A stretch of 30,808 bases of DNA, taken from Catajapyx aquilonaris. Its lineage: Eukaryota. A program made the position numbers and the translations under genes. The notes below the pieces were generated by a model. It did no database searches and had not been told where the DNA came from. It saw nothing but the letters and a program-made list of their open reading frames with translations. How positions within the stretch are numbered: the first letter of the stretch is position 1; each line of letters starts with the position of its first letter. This document shows positions 23,301 through 30,808 of the stretch, in pieces. The DNA lies in contig KZ538253.1 of NCBI GenBank assembly GCA_000934665.2, positions 62,001 to 92,808 on the forward strand, given 5' to 3'.

Positions 23301-26300
23301 TATGTTACTCACAAAAACTCCAACTGCTGGGCATATTCCTTCGCAATGTAAGGGACACGTACTGGTGCCAATTTCTTTGCCAGCTGAAGTGCTTGTTCCC
23401 ATTTCAAGAGGTCCTGCCACATCTCCAGAGCAGCCACAGGACCAGAAGACTGCAGAAACAACTCCTGTGGGAGGAATATGCAACGGGATAGTGATGCTGC
23501 TATCATCAAAATTATCAAAAACCAAAATGTCACTTATACAGCACAATATATTTGTTCAATGCATTGTTGATACTCATAAATGTGAAAGGATTGTGACTAC
23601 ATCTCTGAGTCAATGGATGTTATTCATTACTGGCAGTATAAGTAAGTTTTTACAAAACCATTCATAAAATTCTGCTACTATATAACCATTTTAATAGTAT
23701 TTTATGATTATTCAGCTCTTGGATATATACCTGTGCCTTGACAAAGTCTCCCAAGAAGGCAGCCATGTGGCCAGCAAGAAGTAGCTTGTCCTCTACACTT
23801 TCCACCGACTCCAACGACCAGACCATACCCACATCTCCTATTTGTCTGTAGACACTCTTAGCTACCAAAAGAAGAAGCATTCAAGAATAAAAATCATACC
23901 ATACTACAGGGGTCGAAATATATTCAGATGCAAAGGTGCAATTTGCATGCCAAAATTTATTGTTATATGCACTCGAAACTGACTGAGCCTTATTCGAGTG
24001 CAAACTTTGCATTCCAGTTGGTCATGCTTTTTAACAAGGGAACTTGCAAAAAAAAAAACTGCTAACAGATGATATTTCTGCAATGAATTTGCAAATGTAC
24101 TGCACAATTAAAGTTCAAAAAGCGGACTCATAATAGGTCAAAAAAAAAATCTAAATTTATTGTGATCAAGAGTTATCAACCACCATTAACCTTTGTCAAG
24201 AGTCTCTCGACATACTATATGAATAGATATCATACGACTCACTCACTCACCCAACTCAATCTCCAAACTCTTCATTGCTGCTTCACCCAGCATCCTCCAC
24301 ATATCCTTATCATTCATCACCTATTGAAAAATGTAATTAAACATGGTGTTCCAAGCGAAATGTCCTTAGCAGGTTGGGGATTTTTTGACACTATGCTGCA
24401 TACTTTAAACAAACTAATCGGTAGATCACGTATAGTTTTCACCCACCTGGCAGACTGTCCATGCATCCCTGAATCGCCTGAGGGAGATGTTCTTGGTCAG
24501 CCCCTTCTTGAGATCTGTTTCCTGGTTGTCCTGCGTCTGTGGGGACAACTCATGGGAGGAGAGGACCACATTGGTGAGGCGTCCTCCTGCGGTCTGGAGA
24601 GTTACCTCACCATTGTGGAGGAGGAGTGGAACCTGCCCTAATCCAATTTTAGTCTGGCCCACCTTATCTGTTGTGGTACCTGAAATTCCAAATGAACACA
24701 TATTAGTTTGGCTAATTGGAGCAATCACGTAACAAAGACCATGAGGCATATGCATATTACAAAAGGAGGAGTTTTTGAAGATTGAAAGCATTGTGAATAT
24801 TATGATAGTGTGTCATGTCAAGGACTTCAGAGAGAGTTGGAAACGCAGTATAACTGGAGATGAAATAATTAGGCCAACGCTAGGAAGATGTGATGCACAG
24901 GCGTCTGACGATGTCAATAAATGCGTACGACATACAGCAATGTTTTCATTTACGCTTCCCTAGAATGTAGTACTAACTTGCTTCCAGTCCTTCACGGCAG
25001 TACACAAAGGTGTAGATGTTCTCGTCATCATAGGCAGCAAGCACATTTTTGTCATGGGACCAGTTCTCCCACAGGACTCCTTTTGCTTTAGAAGGAAAAT
25101 AATCTATAATCACCATCTCGTCAGTAACCTGAGGAATGACAGAAATGAGACAATCATGTTAACTAATCATCAAGCATCAATTTTTCACTAATAATGAACA
25201 AAGAGTGAAGTTGCAAGGTTCGTTTTCCAATCAGAAGTCCTCAATTAACAGCACCAAAGTGCTGAACAACAGCTGTTTTTGCCAACTTGCAGAACTTCAT
25301 GAAGATAGTAAAAAATTCATGAAGATGTAAGACGCTCACTGGGTTGTAGATGTATCCTTCAGCTTTGTCATCAATCACGACAAGTCTTACTCCACCATTT
25401 TCGGCATACACCTCCTTGATACCAGTGGTGTGTGTGAATTCAGACACCTCTTTCCAGTCCTCCAATAAAAAGTAGTGTATCTTTCCTTCCTGATAACAGA
25501 AAATACATGAAGTATTATCAAGAGCTCCTGGACATAACCAATCACATCTCATGACATTGAGAACAGCGACGCTAAATATTTGGGGTAGGCTTACAAGTAG
25601 GGTCTATGTCTACCACCCTGCAAAATATCTGGTAAATCTAAAATTTACAAGCACATCTCGTAATGATTTGGTGTTGAATGACTCTGTGGCATGACTTACT
25701 TCTGTGGCATAGATGAGAGATTCATTGGTGAGAGCATGTGACACTATTCGTGCTGACGACATCTCTGGATCTGGGAACAGGCGTGTCTCTCTCTCTTCAA
25801 CCTGGCCAGTGTCTGACTCAATCTGCAAAGCACATTACAATATTAGAATTATTGGCTAAAATATTACAAAAGTAAATTTTGGGTCAACATTTTTTTATAA
25901 ATAGAGAAACTCAGCTGTCGCCAGGTTTCAATGTGATTTTTAAACATCAGGAACAGGACCACATTATAATGTGCATACCATGTGCAGCTGTATCTTTCCC
26001 TCGTATAGAACAGAAGCATATTCTCCATTAAGTTTCATGCTCTGAACTGTCCCCAGGTATTCTCGATCGGCCTGAAAATCTGCAGTGTTGTCACCCAGGT
26101 TGTAAAACCACGCCCTGTTGTTCATTCCCAGGGCGACATGGTATGGCCCCAAAGCAATGAAGGCAGGCTCCACCTCAGCTGTAATCAAGATGGGCATGTC
26201 CTTGTCCACCGGATTGTGCACCGTCACTTCCAACAAGCTTGTCAAGAAGGCCACACGTGTGCCATATGAATCTCCTATTATTGGAAGCTGTATGAAAAGA

Positions 26301-27685
26301 GGAAATGGAGTTGACACAAATCGGCCACCCTGGAGATGGACCTACACTACTTACCTTGGTGAGATACACATGGAGGTTTCCAGTTGCCGTTCCAACAGCA
26401 AGCAGCTGCCCATCCTCACTCCAGTCTAGTCTGTCCAGAGATCTTTCCTCATCTAAAGTGATAACGTCTGAGGTATCCTTGAGGTCATTCAGCTCATGTA
26501 GCTTGAGACAGTTGTCCCCACAGGTTACGACTTTCCCCAGAGAGTACGAGATACGCATGTCAGTTAGGGCATCGCGGTAGTCCTTCACTTGAAACAATTC
26601 CTGGCCAATTTCCTTCATGTGGGTAGACAGGACCACCAAAAAACCTGCTCCAAAGCCAATGAGAATGTATCCATCACCAAACCTACGGGGAAAAATGGTT
26701 CTTTACCAAATCTGCCAAACATAGCTTGTTAGTAAAAACCAAGTAAGAAATTACCACTCATAAGTCACGATGAGACCATATTTCGTCTGGAAAGCCAGCT
26801 CGATGGGGTTGTCTGGATCATTCATGTTGAACAGATAGAGAGTCTTCTTGCCAATGACGACACTCACCTTCAAGAGAATGTAGCTGATTACTTCCAATGG
26901 TCATGAGCAGGTCTTAAATATTGCACAGTGACAGGTTGTTCTCAACCTAAGTGGGTCATACGGGTCAGGTGAAGGTTTAGGATTGCAATCTTATTAACTT
27001 TCAGAAATATTTTTGGTGATCTCAATTGAATTTTGTCAGGCAAACATTAAAACTCCAACTCATAAAATGTCTTTACACTCACAACGTCATGCAAAACCAA
27101 CCGTATTCTGCCCCATGATCCTCTCGTCTTGTTTCATCTCAGAGAAGCGAATATCCGACGGCTCAGCTCTCAGTGTGGCAATCCTTAAAGTGTCCCCATC
27201 TATATTGCTTATTGTTAAGGTCTTATCCTCCGAGCCCAGTGCAAGCAGGTTCTGCTTACTCCATGCCCCGCAGGTAATGCGCTTCGAGTGCTTCCCCACG
27301 ATTGGCACCTTCCTGGAAGTCTTGTGGCTGTATATAAGCAGATTACCCCGAATGGTCCCCACAGCCAGGATAGGACCTGTTTTTCCCCACAGGACTAAAG
27401 ACAGCGGATCTCGCAGGCTGGTATCCAACTGAAATGTCTTCAGGGTATGCGGATCCCAAAGCAGCAGCACCGGGGACTTGTCCGATATGGAAGCAAGTAA
27501 ATCCCCATCCTTGTCCCAGGCCAAACCTGTACAAGCCCTGAAAAATTATGTTGTTCTATAAACTGCGCAGAAATTGTTATGACAAGGTCTCTTTATATTT
27601 GCTGCTTATTATTATTATTATTGAGGACCTACTCCTCAAAAGCAGCTGGCAACCCCATATCTGTTTGGGATGATGATGATGATGA

Positions 27686-27726
<41 letters not shown>

Positions 27727-27854
27727 GGGAAGCTTTGGAGGAGGGTGGGACGGGTAGTTTATTGGTTTATTTTCATAAGTTTTAATTTACATCTCCCTTC
27801 ATCGCTTATAGGGAAATGTCGTGATGGTGTAGTAGTAGTAGTAGTAGTAGTAGT

Positions 27855-27907
<53 letters not shown>

Positions 27908-28398
27908 CAAGACATCCTCCTTGCGTTATCTGCTGGCATCCCAAATCTAATGGGTAAGGCCGCCGTGATGGACGATGATGATGATTGTTATTACTATTAT
28001 GCATGCATTTTCATATTGCAGTTAGTACAAGTTACAAGTCCTAGTTCCATTTATAAGCTTACCCGGGTAGCCTGATCTGCTGTTGAAGTTCCCCATGCCG
28101 ATCATAAATGCTGACTACCTGGTTGTATCCCGTTGTAGCCAGAAACCCACCGCTGCCCTTCTGCCAGGCGAAGTACAGTCCTTTCGGCCCATGTGGAGAA
28201 TGAAGTGAAAATATCCTCTGAAATACACAATTACATGCGGAATGATTCAAACCACCAGCAGAACCTACATGTAAGACACCTAAATCAAATCATATAAATG
28301 TGAGTACTGCCATAAAACTCTCTTATTGCTAAGTAGTTATGCGCTAACATTGAAAACGGCCTCTAAACCAAGACCGTGCCAACCTTGCTGTTCGCCAT
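20337..28398 (-). CDS. WDR19: WD repeat protein 19 / intraflagellar transport protein 144 (IFT-A), 18 coding exons, ~1358 aa
   Basis: Exons: 28398-28384 (MANSK), 28217-28063, 27537-27102, 26867-26755, 26682-26355, 26287-25979, 25822-25700, 25489-25340, 25128-24978, 24679-24447, 24320-24251, 23861-23731, 23464-23313, 23159-22760, 22680-22286, 22010-21568, 21004-20718, 20522-20337; total 4077 nt, continuous frame. Recognised IFT144 segments: [64 protein letters not shown] region [43 protein letters not shown], and C-terminal CxxC zinc fingers. Confidence 0.97.
22078..22165. repeat. Near-perfect inverted repeat / miniature TA-flanked element in a WDR19 intron
   Basis: Arms 22078-22110 (ATAATTGAATCGGTCATTTGGAAAAGGGGTCAT) and 22133-22165 are 32/33 complementary with a 22-nt spacer; can be read as TA|22081-22162|TA. 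Confidence 0.85.
27606..28001. repeat. Compound trinucleotide microsatellite (ATT)n/(GAT)n/(GTA)n with two embedded related cassettes
   Basis: (ATT)n at ~27607-27622, ~27688-27726, ~27857-27907; (GAT)n at ~27669-27686 and ~27973-27984; (GTA)n at ~27828-27858; all in WDR19 intron 2. Confidence 0.95.
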
Positions 28399-28758
28399 AA
28401 TCGTCCTGCTTCTTTATCGACTAAACCGCGTTCGATTTTTGAGCACCTGCCATGTTTTTTTTTTCTTTTTTCTTTTTACAATCGCATGTTTTGAACGAGG
28501 GGCCGATCGCAGCATAGTTGTTACGCCATCCTGTTGTAATTGACACAATATTTAACGCATTTAAAATATTAAAATCAATTTATTTTTAATGGTTAAATAT
28601 GTAGTCATTTAAAAAGTTGTAAGCTGGTTATGTTGTTGACATGCGTCATTCTGGGTTACGCACGTGCGCGGGATTGGATGCGCAGTTCCCTCCCGCTTCC
28701 AATTTTTTTTTTGTTCTTTTTTTCCGCAAAAAGTTCTTCCCACGAGCAAGATGGCGTC
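28399..28758. promoter_or_regulatory. Bidirectional promoter region between WDR19 and THOC2
   Basis: 352 bp between divergent ATGs (28398 on -, 28751 on +). Contains the palindrome CGCACGTGCG (E-box, 28659-28668), ATTGG (reverse CCAAT, 28673-28677) and a YY1/Pho-like CAAGATGGCG overlapping the THOC2 ATG. Confidence 0.7.
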
Positions 28759-28815
28759 GAAGTGGCAGAATGCGGAGTTGTGGAAGAACTGGGAGCGGCA
28801 GGGGAGGCAGGAATT
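28751..28815 (+). CDS. THOC2: THO complex subunit 2, first coding exon (gene continues beyond the window)
   Basis: caagATGG start; encodes MASKWQNAELWKNWERQGRQE(F), followed by a consensus GTGAGT donor in phase 2. Matches my recollection of the THOC2 N-terminus (human ...AEWIKNWEKSGRGEF). Too short for the ORF track; no convincing second exon before 30808. Confidence 0.8.
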
Positions 28816-29222
28816 GTGAGTAGATCGGGAGAGGGGCTATTGAAAAAGCGGAGGTCGCCGGCCCTAGAGGTGGAACCCACTAGGGGCAAAAATGGGTTCG
28901 GGGGGTGGGGGATAAAGAACAAGGGGGGAAGAAAGAAAAAAAAATAGTTGTTGTCGCCTTGTTGAGGGGTAATGGTGGAAGGGAGGGTACAGAAAGAAAT
29001 GGAACAAAAAAAAAATAGAAGAGGTGCGGCTTTGACGGGTCGGAAGCAGCATCCTTGGTGTAGGCTTAATCACAGCCTAGTCTTATCCATGCTTTGTTTG
29101 TAAACAGTGTAAACTAGGACTAGGCCATGTTTACTGAAGCCTACAACATCTACAAGGTTCTGTAAATTGGGCAGTGGAGAAGCAGCCTTAAAAGTAGTGC
29201 AAAGTGAGATGGAACGGAACTG

Positions 29223-29522
29223 CTGCTAGTTACTGCTAACTTAGCAGTACTTGGCTGTGTCTCAGGTCCATTACGTTACATTATAAGCCGCTTCTTCTTG
29301 ACTACACTAAAGCTGGGTATCCCCATAAAAGTTTATCGTGGCACGAGAAAACTTGTTTGTCGAGATGGACTCAATGTCGCGTCAGGGCCCGTTGGAAAGG
29401 GGATTAAAGTTGAAAATTTTCTACTTATTCTTATTCCGCTGATATGGGCATGCGCAGTTGACTTCTCTGATAAAAGAAAACTCGGGGGTGGATACCCCGC
29501 TTCAGTTAGCAGTAACTAGCAG
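29223..29522. mobile_element. 300-bp MITE-like element with perfect 19-bp terminal inverted repeats
   Basis: CTGCTAGTTACTGCTAACT (29223-29241) and its exact reverse complement AGTTAGCAGTAACTAGCAG (29504-29522). Confidence 0.65.
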
Positions 29523-29667
29523 TGGGACGAAAATTCAACCCATTGGCGCTAAAGCTTGGAGGGACTAGCTCAGTATTTTTTAAAAATTATGTTAGGTTGT
29601 GTCGGGGACACAAGCCACAGCCTTTGCGGGCTCACTTTTCTCGACTATAATGGTGGGGGCATGCAGG

Positions 29668-29813
29668 CGTGGATACGTCTTTAAAATTGGATCAGGGGGC
29701 ATGCAGGCAAACTCGAGTGTTACAGAAAAGCATAGGTTATAATAGACTGTACCGCTTTTCTCGCTCGAGCTTGCCTGCATGCCCCCTGATCCGATTTTAA
29801 AGACATATCCACG
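29668..29813. repeat. Long foldback inverted repeat (~60-bp arms)
   Basis: 29668-29731 pairs with 29754-29813: 48/52 match, a 4-nt bulge, then 8 more pairs; 22-nt loop. GGGGGCATGCAGGC occurs at 29655 and 29695 and inverted at 29773. Confidence 0.85.
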
Positions 29814-30027
29814 TAAAAATAATAACCGCAGCACAGATTCACCTGGGCTTTATATTGGGAAGACCCGTAGAAGTGGGTGACACCTGGCAGCTGTCTCGGA
29901 AGCTCATTAATGGCAGTCAAGGGGGGTTGCTCTCCGAGTCATGCCATGCGTGGGAAAAGGGGAGTAAAGTGGTGACAAGTAACAAATTATGTTTCGTGGT
30001 GGGATGAAACTCGAAGTTCTTATGTAT

Positions 30028-30580
30028 CAGTAGCCTACCACTCATAAAGAATGGTACAACTTGATATGGACGAAATGTTCATCCTGTTCCCAACCCCTGG
30101 GTCGCCTGCACGTTTATAAAGTGTGGCAAGGAAGTCTGGGAAAGGGGAATCAAAATAAAGTAAAAAAAGATAAGAAGAAGAAAAAAAAGTCAGTCCAAGT
30201 GGGAAAATTTTAAGGAGAAAATTCACATGAAATCTACGTAAGCATTGTACAGTGCAGAACACCAAACGACGATCAGACGTCATCGTTTCTTACATTGTTG
30301 CTTTTTTGTTGACACTGTTTACTCATTGTTCTGTCTTCTGTGAGGGTATTTCCATGGAAACCGTGACGTCAGATCGTTGTTTAGTTGTCCGCACCGTTCT
30401 TGGTTGAACATTTTGGTAATTAAATTTTTTAGTTAAAATTCGGGATGGGTCATACGAGTAACCAGAGGTCCAGAAAACGTTGCTCTTAGGGTCACGACAA
30501 AATAAGGTAGAGAAAACTGCTGGGCACTGTGGATGCACATTTCGTCCATAGAGTCATACCATTCTTTATGAGCGGGACTG
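30028..30580. mobile_element. ~550-bp non-autonomous foldback DNA transposon (Tc1/mariner/pogo-like CAGT end)
   Basis: Outer arms ~30038-30084 (CCACTCATAAAGAATGGTACAACTTGATATGGACGAAATGTTCATCC) versus ~30531-30576 inverted; inner arms 30264-30289 versus 30357-30382 (22/26), extendable to ~30247/30399. The right end reads CAGTCCCGCTC on the minus strand. Confidence 0.7.
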
Positions 30581-30644
30581 TTATTTGTGGACGTCGCAAC
30601 GTCCATAAGTATCAGTCATTGCGTCGTCCAGACAAAACCCCACT

Positions 30645-30786
30645 TTTTGCAGAGAAATTCGCTATTAAATTCCCCCTGTAGAATTACTCGTAGGAATTTA
30701 TTTTAGTTATAGACATTTTGCAGAGATATTTCCTATTTAATTCCCCCGTAAAATAACCTGTGGATATTTATTTATTTGCGGACGTC
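30645..30786. repeat. Degenerate two-copy ~71-bp tandem repeat
   Basis: TTTTGCAGAGAAATTCGCTATTAAATTCCCCCTGTAGAATTAC... at 30645 and TTTTGCAGAGATATTTCCTATTTAATTCCCCCGTAAAATAAC... at 30716. Confidence 0.7.
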
Positions 30787-30808
30787 GTCGGAACAATCGA
30801 AGTCTCCT

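Noticed and set aside
26932..26975. CAGGTTGTTCTCAACCT, resembling a hAT-Charlie terminus
   Set aside because: Short, degenerate and unpaired.
27579..28004. ORFs with poly-I, L, V, N, T, Y and D tracts
   Set aside because: Translations of trinucleotide microsatellites inside a WDR19 intron.
28218..28750. RFX X-box expected for a ciliary gene
   Set aside because: Best candidates (ACTGCCATAAAAC, GTTGTAATTGACAC) fail the RYYNYY-N1-3-RRNRAC consensus.
29116..29210. Possible THOC2 exon 2 (FCKLGSGEAALKVVQ)
   Set aside because: Weak acceptor and no convincing similarity to the expected continuation.
1..30808. CRISPR arrays, operons, tRNA/rRNA genes, transposase or reverse transcriptase ORFs
   Set aside because: None seen; the DNA is spliceosomal-intron-rich animal sequence and all mobile elements found are non-coding.

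Overview
Eukaryotic, intron-containing DNA, most likely from an arthropod (inferred from gustatory-receptor-family genes and short introns; the species cannot be fixed from sequence). Manual splicing supports six genes: (1) a complete 5-exon minus-strand GT31 beta-1,3-galactosyltransferase-like type II membrane enzyme (1587-3469); (2-4) a tandem plus-strand cluster of three divergent gustatory-receptor (GR/7TMIC) genes (~5417-8244, ~10790-14372, ~15982-19067); (5) a complete 18-exon minus-strand WDR19/IFT144 gene (20337-28398); (6) the first coding exon of THOC2, head-to-head with WDR19 across a ~350 bp bidirectional promoter. Non-coding DNA carries several small non-autonomous inverted-repeat elements (one piggyBac-type with TTAA ends, several foldbacks), two RTE-like retroposon 3' ends inside an (ATT)n microsatellite, and an excess of TACAGTA/TACTGTA heptamers resembling Tc1/mariner excision footprints. 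I see no wholly new biological system. The best leads are the GR cluster (polar residue at the presumed channel gate, glycosylatable C-terminal tails, mostly paralog-specific introns), a GT31 enzyme lacking the C-terminal metal-binding His, and the footprint excess. All exon models were built by hand and are unconfirmed by transcripts.
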